DNA of 64,000 nucleotides, from contig CAVXWZ010000001.1 of the NCBI GenBank assembly GCA_963765575.1, forward strand, positions 32,001-96,000. The letters run 5' to 3'. The first letter of the stretch is position 1. Every line of letters starts with the position of its first letter. This document shows positions 42,562-51,995 of this stretch, one piece after another. The position numbers were made by a program, and so were the translations under genes. Below the pieces are notes generated by a model. It saw nothing but the letters and a program-made list of their open reading frames with translations, ran no database searches and was not told where the DNA came from. Source of the stretch: an uncultured cyanobacterium (GTDB lineage Bacteria > Cyanobacteriota > Cyanobacteriia > PCC-6307 > Cyanobiaceae).

Positions 42562-44072
42562 TGGACTTGATCACCAGCCTGATCTTCCTCTCAAGCGGCT
42601 TGTTTCTGGGATGGTCACTTGGCGCTAATGACGCCTCGAATGTGTTCGGATCCGCGGTCGGTAGTCGCATGGTGCGGTTCTCAACCGCGGCATTCATCTG
42701 CAGCCTCTTTGTCATCATTGGTGCGGTGACCGCCGGGGCCGGAGCCTCCAACGGCCTTGGCGAGCTGGGTGCCGTGAATGCGATCGCTGGATCCTTCACC
42801 ACGGCCTTGGCAGCGGCGCTCACCGTGTTCTGGATGACCAAGGCCAGCCTGCCCGTCTCCACGACGCAGGCCGTGGTGGGGGCAATCATCGGCTGGAACT
42901 GGTTCAGTGGTTCGGTCACCGACCTGGGCCAGCTCAGCAAGATCGTGGGCACGTGGGTGATTTGCCCGATCATGGCAGGCCTGTTCTCAGCGGCCCTTTA
43001 CCCCTTGGTGGAGGGTGCCATCCGATGGAAGCATCCCCACCTGCTGCGGCTTGATTCACTCGTCAGGCTGGGGTTGATTCTGGCGGGTGTGTTTGGGGCC
43101 TACAGCCTGGGTGCCAACAACATCGGCAATGTGATGGGCGTGTTCGTGACATCATCACCCTTCTCTGATCTACAACTGGGTGGCTCAATCGAATTCACTG
43201 GCACTCAGCAACTCTTCCTGCTGGGCAGCATCGCCATCGCCGTAGGGGTCTACACCTATTCCAAGCGGGTGATGATGACGGTGGGCGGCAGTCTGATGAC
43301 GCTATCCCCGCTTGGTGCCTTTGTGGTGGTTGTGGCGAACTCCCTCGTGCTGTTCGTGTTCTCATCGAGTGAGCTCTCATCCTTCGTCGCCAGTCTTGGT
43401 CTGCCTCCCATCCCCCTCATTCCCGTGTCCAGCTCTCAGGCTGTCGTCGGGGCCGTGATTGGCATCGGCATGCTGAAAGGGGTCAAGGGAGCCAGGCAGA
43501 TCCAATGGCCTGTGTTGGGCCGTATTGCCTCCGGCTGGGTTACCACGCCGCTGGTGGCAGCCGTTGTCGGCTTCACGTTGCTGTTTGTGGTGCAGAACGT
43601 ATTCAATCAGCAGGTGTATGAGCCCCGCTGGTTCCAGCTCACCCCAGCGGTTGTGCGTGAGCTTGAGCGGCAGCAGGTGCCCATTGAGGGGCTGATGCCT
43701 CAGGATGCCCCGGTGGAATCGGCCCTGGGCTTCCGCAAGAGCCTGAGGGAAACGACGAAGCTGCCCCATGCCCAGGAGACGGTCGTGATCAACACGTCCG
43801 AACTCCAGCCCATCGCGATCACAGCGGAGAACCTGGCCAGCATGAAGGAGCAGCAGAATGCCAGAAAGCGCCTATCTCCAGAATTGCAGCAGGCCCTTCA
43901 GGCCCTGGAGGGAGAGCGCTTCCCATACCCATGGCAACTCGAGCAGGCACTGGAAGGGGCTGGAGCCAACCAGATCAGTGACCTGGAGCGCAGTTGGACG
44001 TTGAACCACTTCAGGGACAAGCCTCCAGCAGGTCCCGGGCAGACGCAACTCCCCCCAGTCAATCAGTCATAG
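42561..44072 (+). CDS. PiT family inorganic phosphate transporter
   Basis: Both PiT signatures (GANDASN, GANNIGN), LPVSTTQA, PVSSSQA. Confidence 0.92.
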   Translation: MDLITSLIFLSSGLFLGWSLGANDASNVFGSAVGSRMVRFSTAAFICSLFVIIGAVTAGAGASNGLGELGAVNAIAGSFTTALAAALTVFWMTKASLPVSTTQAVVGAIIGWNWFSGSVTDLGQLSKIVGTWVICPIMAGLFSAALYPLVEGAIRWKHPHLLRLDSLVRLGLILAGVFGAYSLGANNIGNVMGVFVTSSPFSDLQLGGSIEFTGTQQLFLLGSIAIAVGVYTYSKRVMMTVGGSLMTLSPLGAFVVVVANSLVLFVFSSSELSSFVASLGLPPIPLIPVSSSQAVVGAVIGIGMLKGVKGARQIQWPVLGRIASGWVTTPLVAAVVGFTLLFVVQNVFNQQVYEPRWFQLTPAVVRELERQQVPIEGLMPQDAPVESALGFRKSLRETTKLPHAQETVVINTSELQPIAITAENLASMKEQQNARKRLSPELQQALQALEGERFPYPWQLEQALEGAGANQISDLERSWTLNHFRDKPPAGPGQTQLPPVNQS

Positions 44073-44160
44073 GTCCCAGCAATTTGGAACCGTTAGGGCA
44101 GCCGTTCGCCTGACAGGGCGTGAGCATGGCATCTGTTCGACTGATTGGTCTGAGCTCAAT

Positions 44161-44176
44161 CGGCCACAAGTGGCCG
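44161..44176. terminator. possible hairpin between convergent PiT and yccF
   Basis: CGGCCAC-aa-GTGGCCG inverted repeat; no clear U-tract. Confidence 0.3.
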
Positions 44177-44228
44177 CCTCATTTCGGCCTGGTCACCCAC
44201 GTTGGCTTCTGCGGGCCGGCCAGGGGGC

Positions 44229-44633
44229 TCAGCGGGAGGTGGGCACCACCTCCATGCCGATCGGCGCCAGGGCGATCAGCGCCAGCTTGATGTGCTGGAT
44301 CCCGAAGGGAATGCCCACGATCGTCACGAAACAGGCCAGGGCCGAGCCCAGGTGGCCGATCGCCAGCCACCAGCCGGCCACCAGAAACCACACGATGTTG
44401 CCCACCAGGCCCAGCGGGCCGGTGCCGAAATCCATGTGCCCGCTGAGTTCCCGCCGGCTCACGGCCTCGTAGCCGAAGGGCCAGAAGGAGAAGTTGCCGA
44501 TCACGAAGCAGGCCCTGGCCCAGGGGATGCCCACGATCGTGATGGCGGCCACCAGCCCCGCCAGCCACCAGCCCAGGCCCATCACGAAGCCGCCCAGAAC
44601 AAACCAGAGAACGTTGAGCAGGAAGCGCAGCAT
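44229..44633 (-). CDS. yccF: YccF domain membrane protein
   Basis: Two repeats of the NxxWF..GW...TIVGIP...PxG pattern. Confidence 0.9.
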   Translation of the reverse strand: MLRFLLNVLWFVLGGFVMGLGWWLAGLVAAITIVGIPWARACFVIGNFSFWPFGYEAVSRRELSGHMDFGTGPLGLVGNIVWFLVAGWWLAIGHLGSALACFVTIVGIPFGIQHIKLALIALAPIGMEVVPTSR

Positions 44634-44661
44634 GGATCCGCTGGTGCTGCCACCAGCTTGC

Positions 44662-45894
44662 CTACCCCCCGCGCAGGGTGAGGGCGAACAGCAGCACGAA
44701 CACGCTGACCGCCACCAGGCCCAGCCGGGCCACCGCCAGCAGGCCTGGCCCCAGCCGGTCGGGCGGCGCCACCTGGCGGCCCTGGATCACCCTCAGGTTC
44801 ATCCAGGCCAGCACCGGCGTGGTCAGGAACGACACCACCATCGCCAGCTGCACCAGCGCGCCCATGGAGCCGGGCCAGAGGCCGAGCACGGCGGCGGCCA
44901 GGGCGAAGTGCAGCCCCATCCAGAGCTGGTGGTCGCGTCGGTTGTGCACCGCCGGGCCCGCAAAGCCCCGCAGCAGCCGCACCCCGGCCGAGGCGGCCCG
45001 CGGGTAGCCATCCAGGCAGGTGAGGCTGGTGCTGACCATCGTGGTGAAGGCCGCTGCGGCGATCAGCGGCTTGGCCCAGCTGCCCAGGCTGGCGGTGTAG
45101 AGGCCGATCAGTTGCTGCGCAAAGGCGCCGCCGGCCGGGGAAAAGCTGGTGCCGGTGCCGTGCATCACCCAGGCGCCCAGCAGCAGGAACAGCACGGCCA
45201 TCACCACCGTGACGCCGTAGCCGAGGTTGAAGTCGGCCTCCACCTCGGCGCGGCTGCCGCGGTGGCCGGAATCCTCCTGGCGGGCGTAGATCCACAGCGA
45301 CGACCAGGCCGCCAGATCGAGCGGGCACGGCATCCAGCCCATCAACGCCACCAGGAACGGCAGGGCGGCCGCGCTCCAGGGGCTGGGACTGAACCACTGG
45401 GGATCAATTGCCACCGGACCCTGGATCACCATGGCCCCCGTGGCCAGCACAGTGCTGCTCACCAGCACGGCCACGATCAGCTTGCTGAGCCGGTCCAGGC
45501 TGCGGTAGTGGCCGAGCCACAGCAGCAGCAGGCAGAGGCTGAGCAGCCCCAGGGCCAGCAGGTTCGGGGCGCCCGGCAGGAACGCGGTGGCCAGGCCGCC
45601 GCCCACGGCGGTGACCGCGGCGATGTTGGCCACCCCCGTGGCGAAGGTGATCAGCAGATACACCGGCAGATACCAGGGCCGCTGGCGCTGGTACCCCTCC
45701 AGCAGGCTCAGGCCGGTGGCCCCGGTGAAGCGGCTGCCCACCAGCAGAAACGGGTACTTGAACAGGTTGGCCAGCAGCACCAGGCCCACCAGGCCCAGGC
45801 CGTAGCGGGCGCCGGCCTGGGTGGCGGCCACCAGGTGGGAGCCGCCGATGGCGGCGCCGGCCAGCAGGATGCCGGGTCCGAGGGCCTGGCCCAG
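44662..45894 (-). CDS. Nramp-like divalent metal transporter; start codon uncertain
   Basis: LGPGILLAGAAIGGSHLV, ANLFKYPF, ALMGWMP, DGYPR. Confidence 0.82.
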   Translation of the reverse strand: MGQALGPGILLAGAAIGGSHLVAATQAGARYGLGLVGLVLLANLFKYPFLLVGSRFTGATGLSLLEGYQRQRPWYLPVYLLITFATGVANIAAVTAVGGGLATAFLPGAPNLLALGLLSLCLLLLWLGHYRSLDRLSKLIVAVLVSSTVLATGAMVIQGPVAIDPQWFSPSPWSAAALPFLVALMGWMPCPLDLAAWSSLWIYARQEDSGHRGSRAEVEADFNLGYGVTVVMAVLFLLLGAWVMHGTGTSFSPAGGAFAQQLIGLYTASLGSWAKPLIAAAAFTTMVSTSLTCLDGYPRAASAGVRLLRGFAGPAVHNRRDHQLWMGLHFALAAAVLGLWPGSMGALVQLAMVVSFLTTPVLAWMNLRVIQGRQVAPPDRLGPGLLAVARLGLVAVSVFVLLFALTLRGG

Positions 45895-45898
45895 GCCC

Positions 45899-47215
45899 TC
45901 AGGCCACGGCCGCAAAGCTGGCGCGGAAGGCGGCGATGGTGGTGTCGATGTCCTGGTCGGAGTGGGCCAGGGAGGTGAAGCCGGCCTCGAAGGCACTGGG
46001 GGCCAGGTAAACGCCGTGCTCGAGCATGGCCCGGTGCAGTTTGCCGAAGCGGGCCGCGTCGGCGGCCTTGGCCTCCTCGAAGTTGCGCACCGGCCCATCG
46101 CAGAGGAAGAAGCCGAACATGGCGCTGATCGAGCCGCCGCAGATCGGCAGCCCTGCGGCCTTGGCGGCCTCGAGAATGCCCTCCATCAGGCGCTTGGTGG
46201 TGGCGTCCAGGCGCTCGTAGGTGCCGGGCCGCTGCAGCAGCTCCAGGGTCTTGATGCCGGCGGTCATGGCCAGGGGATTGCCGCTGAGGGTGCCCGCCTG
46301 GTACATCGGCCCGGCCGGGGCCACCATCGCCATGATCTCGGCCCGGCCGCCGTAGGCGCCCACAGGCAGGCCGCCGCCGATCACCTTGCCCATGGTGGTG
46401 AGGTCGGGGGTGACGCCGAACTTGGCCTGGGCACCGCCGTAGCTGATGCGGAAGCCGGTCATCACCTCGTCGAACACCAGCAGGGCGCCGTGTTCCTTGG
46501 TGACCTCGCGGATTCCCTCCAGAAAGCCCGGCACCGGCGTGATGAAGCCGGCATTGCCCACCACCGGCTCCAGGATCACCCCGGCGATCTCACCGGGGTT
46601 CTCGGCAAACAGCTGTTTGACGGCCTCGAGGTCGTTGTAGGGGGCGGTGAGGGTGCTGGCGGTGGTGCTGCGCGGCACCCCCGGTGAGTCGGGCAGCCCC
46701 AGGGTGGCCACCCCGGAGCCGGCCTTCACCAGGAACATGTCGGCGTGGCCGTGGTAGCAGCCCTCGAACTTGATGATCTTCTCCCTGCCGGTGAAGGCGC
46801 GCATCAGGCGCAGCACCGACATGCAGGCTTCGGTGCCGCTGTTCACGAAGCGCACCATCTCCACCGAGGGCACGGCGTCGATCACCAGCTGCGCCAGCCG
46901 GTTCTCCAGTTCGCAGGGGGCGCCGAAGCTGGTGCCGCGGTCGAGGGCCTCGTGCAGGGCGGCGATCACCTCGGGGTGGGAGTGGCCGCAGATCGCCGGC
47001 CCCCAGCTGCCCACGTAGTCGATGAAGCGGTTGCCGTCCACGTCCCAGGCGTAGGCGCCCTTCACCCGTTGGAACACGATCGGGTTGCCGCCCACCGAGC
47101 GGAAGGCGCGCACCGGTGAACTCACGCCCCCGGGCATCAGCTGCTGGGCGGCGCTGAAGAGCTCCTGGGATCGGGTCGTGTTCAAGGCGTGGGCCGAAAC
47201 GGGTGCCGAGGTCAA
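45899..47215 (-). CDS. hemL: glutamate-1-semialdehyde 2,1-aminomutase
   Basis: [47 protein letters not shown] Lys in [12 protein letters not shown] start at 47215. Confidence 0.96.
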   Translation of the reverse strand: MTSAPVSAHALNTTRSQELFSAAQQLMPGGVSSPVRAFRSVGGNPIVFQRVKGAYAWDVDGNRFIDYVGSWGPAICGHSHPEVIAALHEALDRGTSFGAPCELENRLAQLVIDAVPSVEMVRFVNSGTEACMSVLRLMRAFTGREKIIKFEGCYHGHADMFLVKAGSGVATLGLPDSPGVPRSTTASTLTAPYNDLEAVKQLFAENPGEIAGVILEPVVGNAGFITPVPGFLEGIREVTKEHGALLVFDEVMTGFRISYGGAQAKFGVTPDLTTMGKVIGGGLPVGAYGGRAEIMAMVAPAGPMYQAGTLSGNPLAMTAGIKTLELLQRPGTYERLDATTKRLMEGILEAAKAAGLPICGGSISAMFGFFLCDGPVRNFEEAKAADAARFGKLHRAMLEHGVYLAPSAFEAGFTSLAHSDQDIDTTIAAFRASFAAVA

Positions 47216-47407
47216 GGGATTCCGCTGGCGAAGGAAAACCGTTGCCCATCCTGACCCAGAACCGCCCGGGCCGCCGGGGCGACGGCAGATGGCCGTCACC
47301 AGCTCGCATCAGGGGGGCCAGCAACGCGGCGACCGGGGCGGCCCCGGGGCTGGCGGAGGGGCAGACTTGAGCCATGAGCGCACCCGCTGAACTGTGAGCG
47401 CAAACCC

Positions 47408-48880
47408 GTGAGTCACGACTGGGCGGCCCTGGAGCGCGGCCTCTGCCGGCTGCTGCCCCGCCGGGCGGTGGTGTCCGCTCGCCAGGAGCTGCTCGCCTAC
47501 GACTGCGACGGCCTCACCCTCACCCGTCACCAGCCGCCGCTGGTGGTGCTGCCGGAGACCACCGCCCAGGTGGCCGAGGTGTTGCGCTACTGCCACGAGC
47601 GGGGCGTCCCCTTCGTGGCCCGTGGCAGCGGCACCGGCCTCTCCGGCGGTGCGGTGGCCGAAACCGAGGCCCTGGTGATCGCCACCAGCCGCATGCGCAA
47701 GGTGCTGGAGCTCGATCTGGAGAACCGCCGGGTGGTGGTGCAGCCGGGCGTGATCAACAGCTGGGTCACCCGGGCGGTGGCCGGCGACGGCTTCTATTAC
47801 GCCCCCGATCCCTCCAGCCAGGTGGCCTGCAGCATCGGCGGCAACGTGGCCGAAAATTCCGGCGGCGTCCACTGCCTCAAGTACGGCGTCACCAGCAACC
47901 ACGTGCTGGCCCTGGAGGTGGTGCTGCCCGACGGCACCGTCACGACCCTGGGCAGTGGCCTGGACGAGTCCCCCGACCTCGACCTGCGCGGGGCCTTCAT
48001 CGGCTCGGAGGGCACCCTCGGCATCGCCACGGCCATCACCCTGCGGCTGCTGCGGGCCCCCCAGAGCGTGGCCGTGCTGTTGGCCGACTTCGAGTCGATG
48101 GCGGCGGCCGGTGAGGCGGTGCGGCTGGTGACCGCCGCCGGCGTGTTGCCGGCCGGGATGGAAATGATGGACCGGCTCACGATCGAGGCCGTGGACGACT
48201 ACCTCGGCCACGACGAATACCCCCGCGACGCCGAGGCGGTGCTGCTGATCGAGCTCGACGGCCAGCAGCGGGAGGTGGCGGCGGCGGCCGAGCTGGCCGC
48301 CGAGCTCTGCCGCCAGGCGGGGGCCCGCAGCCTGCGCCAGGCCTGGGATGAGGAGGAGCGGGCCCTGCTCTGGAAGGGCCGCAAGTCGGCGATCTCCGCC
48401 CTGGGCCGCCGCTTCCCCAACTACTACCTGCAGGACGGCGTGGTGCCGCGCAGCGCCCTGCCCCGGGTGCTGGAGGCGATCGATGGACTCAGCCGCAGCC
48501 ACGGTCTGCCCGTGGCCAACGTGTTCCACGCCGGCGACGGCAACCTGCACCCCCTGATCCTCTACCGCGATGGGGAGCCCGGCGTGCGCGAGCGGGTGCA
48601 GGATCTCGGTGCCGAAATTCTGCGGCTGTGCGTTCAGGCCGGCGGCAGCATCACCGGTGAGCACGGAGTGGGCAGCGACAAGCGCTGCTATCTGGCCTGG
48701 ATGTACGGCCCCGATGACCTGGCGACGATGCAGCTGCTGCGCAACGCCTTCGACCCCCTGCGGCGCGCCAACCCGGGCAAGCTCTTCCCCACCCCGCGCA
48801 GTTGCGCTGAATCGGCCCGGCGGGTGCAGGTGCTCAAGGCCGAGGGGGTGGAGCTGCCGGAGGAAGCGGTGGTGTTCTGA
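47408..48880 (+). CDS. glcD: glycolate oxidase subunit GlcD / FAD-linked oxidase
   Basis: ARGSGTGLSGG, YAPDPSS, GGNVAENSGG, KYGVT, GSEGTLG, FHAGDGNLHP, GEHGVG, NPGK. Confidence 0.9.
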   Translation: MSHDWAALERGLCRLLPRRAVVSARQELLAYDCDGLTLTRHQPPLVVLPETTAQVAEVLRYCHERGVPFVARGSGTGLSGGAVAETEALVIATSRMRKVLELDLENRRVVVQPGVINSWVTRAVAGDGFYYAPDPSSQVACSIGGNVAENSGGVHCLKYGVTSNHVLALEVVLPDGTVTTLGSGLDESPDLDLRGAFIGSEGTLGIATAITLRLLRAPQSVAVLLADFESMAAAGEAVRLVTAAGVLPAGMEMMDRLTIEAVDDYLGHDEYPRDAEAVLLIELDGQQREVAAAAELAAELCRQAGARSLRQAWDEEERALLWKGRKSAISALGRRFPNYYLQDGVVPRSALPRVLEAIDGLSRSHGLPVANVFHAGDGNLHPLILYRDGEPGVRERVQDLGAEILRLCVQAGGSITGEHGVGSDKRCYLAWMYGPDDLATMQLLRNAFDPLRRANPGKLFPTPRSCAESARRVQVLKAEGVELPEEAVVF

Positions 48881-48887
48881 TTGGTGC

Positions 48888-50540
48888 TCACGGATACTCC
48901 TTGCGGAAGGCGTCGATGGCATCGGACAGCTTCTCAGAGGACGCTCCGCTGATCATGAAGAGCTTGAACTCTTCATCCTTGCCAAGATATTCGGCATAGG
49001 AAGACTTGAGATAGGGCTTGTAGGTGTCGTTCTGGCGTAAATAAACTTCAAAGAAGGGCAGGGCTATGGCCTTCATGTAGCCGCCGATCAGGCCCTGGCT
49101 GGGGAGCGTAATGTCCTTCATGGATTTGATTGCATCATTGATGCCTGGATCAATCTTGGTGAAATTCACATGGGCTTGGCCCTGAATGATCAGCCAGTAT
49201 TTGTCGGGCGCTGTCAGCCATGTGAACGACGCTGCCTGCTCAAGCGCAGGGGGAGTCGCCGGGTCGTAGCTGCCTGAGGCCATGATGATGGGCACATTGA
49301 TCTTGGCCAGCCCTTGTTGGCCAAAGATGCTGCGATTGACGGGATTTGCTGCGACAACTGCGGCCGTACGATCATCTTGTAGATTCGTGAGTTGGTCTGG
49401 GGGTAGGCGGAGGGCTTGGCATTGCAGCAAGAGAGCAATATTGATGGCGGCATAGGGGCGTACGCACTCCTCCTTGAGATAGGCCAGATCAACGGTGGCA
49501 CCACCAAGGGCCAGTGCTGTGTAGCCGCCGAAGGAATGGCCGGCGACGCCCACCTTTTCGAGGTCGAGCTTGCCATTGAACTCAGTAGGGTTGCGCCGCT
49601 CCAGTTCGTCGATGACGAAGCTGATATCCTTGGGCCGATTCGAGAAATCATTGATATCAAAAATATCGTTGTGCAATCCTCTGAGCATCTCCTGCAGCCA
49701 GATGGCATCACTGCCCGGGTGCTGCGGGGCGGCGACCAGATAGCCATGGGAGGCGAGCTGTCGCAGCACGTCGCTGGAATCCGCCGGACTCGAGGCCAGC
49801 CCATGGGAAAAGAGAATCACCGGGGTGCGTTCTGACGTTGTGCCCTGGGGGGTGTAGACATCGACGTAGAAAGAGCGGTCGCGGGTGCCGTCCGTCAGAT
49901 TCCAGACGTCTTTGTTGACACGATGCCGGCCCTGCAGGCGAGGATCCGCCAAGGCCGTGTAGTCGATTGCTGCCTGCTCCTTGGCTTCTGCTGCGGTGAG
50001 GTCGCGCATCACCGAGTCAAGGCGCTCCGTGGCGGCAATAACTCTCTTGGTGGCCTTCTCAGCAGCCAGCACTGTCTCGCCACGGACCTGAATGTTGGCG
50101 GGAAGCTGCTGGAAGACTGATAACAGGCTGAGCCCCTCAGGGGAGAACGATGCGTTGACCACGGCGGCTCGCAGTGCCGTCATGCCGTTGCCACCGCGCA
50201 GCAGGGTGATGGCTTTGCCAAGACGTTCAAGCACGTCTTCGCCGATATGGCTGTTGAAGAATCGAGAGACGATGAGGGGATTGACCTCCGTCTTGCTTGT
50301 CAGCACTTGCCGCAACAGCGGATACTGTTCGGGTTTGACGGCCGCAAGGAAAAAGGCCAGGTCATCTTCGATAGTTCCGTTGTCAGCGAATGTCTCCAGG
50401 GAGCTGATTTTCAGCGATCGAATCAGTGGCCCATAGGAGAAAGACAGTGTTTCGGTTGCCCTGGCGGGTTGGCAGAGCAGGCCCGACCCTGCCGCGAGCA
50501 TCAGGGACAGCCCCAGTGCGTTCCACCGCCGGCCCTTCAT
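48888..50540 (-). CDS. DUF1400 + alpha/beta hydrolase, paralogue of 33332..34999
   Basis: Signal peptide, ILFSHGL, APQHPGSD, GHSFGG, GSYDPATPPALEQA, GQAHVNF. Confidence 0.88.
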   Translation of the reverse strand: MKGRRWNALGLSLMLAAGSGLLCQPARATETLSFSYGPLIRSLKISSLETFADNGTIEDDLAFFLAAVKPEQYPLLRQVLTSKTEVNPLIVSRFFNSHIGEDVLERLGKAITLLRGGNGMTALRAAVVNASFSPEGLSLLSVFQQLPANIQVRGETVLAAEKATKRVIAATERLDSVMRDLTAAEAKEQAAIDYTALADPRLQGRHRVNKDVWNLTDGTRDRSFYVDVYTPQGTTSERTPVILFSHGLASSPADSSDVLRQLASHGYLVAAPQHPGSDAIWLQEMLRGLHNDIFDINDFSNRPKDISFVIDELERRNPTEFNGKLDLEKVGVAGHSFGGYTALALGGATVDLAYLKEECVRPYAAINIALLLQCQALRLPPDQLTNLQDDRTAAVVAANPVNRSIFGQQGLAKINVPIIMASGSYDPATPPALEQAASFTWLTAPDKYWLIIQGQAHVNFTKIDPGINDAIKSMKDITLPSQGLIGGYMKAIALPFFEVYLRQNDTYKPYLKSSYAEYLGKDEEFKLFMISGASSEKLSDAIDAFRKEYP

Positions 50541-50755
50541 GCCCTGGGCCGCCTGCCACTGGCGTGACCTGGTCGTGTCACCCACCACCCGAGCGATGAC
50601 GTGAGGACGTGCCATGTCTGAGCTCTAAATGAGTAAGCTACGTGATGCTGCGTAGCGCCCACCATGCCCACGGGCTGGAAACTGAACGTGCGCGACCACT
50701 GACCCGACCACTGAGGCCCGGTGCTGTCTGCCCACACTGGTGCCGTCCGCCTTCT

Positions 50756-50803
50756 GTTGTCCTCGCCCTCAGTTGTCCTCGCCCTCAGTCGTTCTCGCCG
50801 TCC
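50756..50803. repeat. 16-bp tandem repeat across the xth stop codon
   Basis: gttgtcctcgccctca twice plus a degenerate third copy gtcgttctcgccgtcc. Confidence 0.8.
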
Positions 50804-51606
50804 TCTTCGGGGGGCCAGGCCAGCTTCACCAGCACCGGCGCATGGTCGCTGGGCTGGAGGTTGCCGCGGGTGGCCTTGTGGATCACGCAGCCGGTGGCGC
50901 AGGCCAGCAGCTCTTCGCAGAGGTAGATGTGGTCGATCCGCCAGCCCCTGTCGCGATCCCAGGCGCCGCTGCGGTAGTCCCACCAACTCCAGTGGCCGGT
51001 GGCGGGCTCGAACACCCGGAACACATCGTGCAGGTGCTCCCCCAGCAGCTCCCGCAGGGCCTGGCGTTCCGCCGCGCTGGCCATGATGCCGCCGCTCTGG
51101 CGCCCAGGATCGGGCAGGTCGCGATCCTCCAGGCCGATGTTGAAGTCGCCCAGCATGCACAGGGGGTCGCCCTGCTGCAGCGCTCGCTCCAGATAGCGCC
51201 TCAGGCAGGCCAGCCACTCGAGCTTGTAGGCGTATTTCTCGCTGTTCACCGCACTGCCGTTGGGCACATAGAGGTTGAGCACCCGCACCCCCTCGACCAG
51301 GGCGCTGATCACCCGTCGCTGCTCGCTCAGCCGCCTGGCCACCGGATCGCCGGGGAGCAGGGCCTCGAGCCCGATCTGCACATCACTGAGGGGCAGGCGG
51401 CTGAGAATCGCCACGCCGTTGTAGGCCTTCTGGCCGCTGATGGCAGAGGCGTAGCCCAGGTCCGTGAAGGCTTCCCGGGGAAAACCCCCGTCCTCCACCT
51501 TGGTTTCCTGCAGGCAGAGCACCTCGGGTTGTTCGACCTCCAGCCAGGCCAGCACCTGGGGCAGGCGTGTGCGCACCGAATTCACGTTCCAGCTGGCGAT
51601 CCGCAT
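50785..51606 (-). CDS. xth: exodeoxyribonuclease III
   Basis: MRIASWNVNS, LCLQETK, YNGVA, YVPNG, GDFN, SWWDYR, RIDHI, SDHAP. Confidence 0.96.
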   Translation of the reverse strand: MRIASWNVNSVRTRLPQVLAWLEVEQPEVLCLQETKVEDGGFPREAFTDLGYASAISGQKAYNGVAILSRLPLSDVQIGLEALLPGDPVARRLSEQRRVISALVEGVRVLNLYVPNGSAVNSEKYAYKLEWLACLRRYLERALQQGDPLCMLGDFNIGLEDRDLPDPGRQSGGIMASAAERQALRELLGEHLHDVFRVFEPATGHWSWWDYRSGAWDRDRGWRIDHIYLCEELLACATGCVIHKATRGNLQPSDHAPVLVKLAWPPEEDGEND

Positions 51607-51659
51607 CGAGCCACCCTGAGCGCCCTTAGCATGACTCCATGCCGTTGAGAGGAACCCCG

Positions 51660-51995
51660 ATGCCCACCGCATTCCGCAGGTTGCTTGGGCTGTCTGGTCT
51701 GGTGCTGGCCCCCCTGGCCGCCCCCCAGGCCCTGGCCCAGCAGGTCGGCTACGGCCAGACGATCAACTCCCCTCAGCAGCAGCGGCTGCTGGACGAGGGC
51801 AGTGGTTCGGGCGGGGACTCCAACATTCTCGATGCCGCCAACCCGATCGAGCTGATGAACCGCCTCCGGCGCGCCACGGCTCTCGATGACGCCACCCCGC
51901 CCGGAGACGCCGTGGATGCGGCCCTCAGGGACTTTGAGGCGGCTCCTCAGCCGGCACCGTCGACTCCGGGCTCGACGCTGATCCAGGCGCCCTGA
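51660..51995 (+). CDS. conserved secreted hypothetical protein
   Basis: Signal peptide ending ALAQQ; ILDAANPIELMNRLRRATALDDATPPGDAVDAAL. Confidence 0.75.
   Translation: MPTAFRRLLGLSGLVLAPLAAPQALAQQVGYGQTINSPQQQRLLDEGSGSGGDSNILDAANPIELMNRLRRATALDDATPPGDAVDAALRDFEAAPQPAPSTPGSTLIQAP

Larger units (their letters stand above)
13074..44160. other. accessory island-like region without recognisable mobility genes
   Basis: Visibly more AT-rich blocks (about 17.4-23.3 kb and 32.4-44.1 kb), many remnants and transporters; flanked by GC-rich ggt and yccF. Boundaries approximate, GC not computed. Confidence 0.6.
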
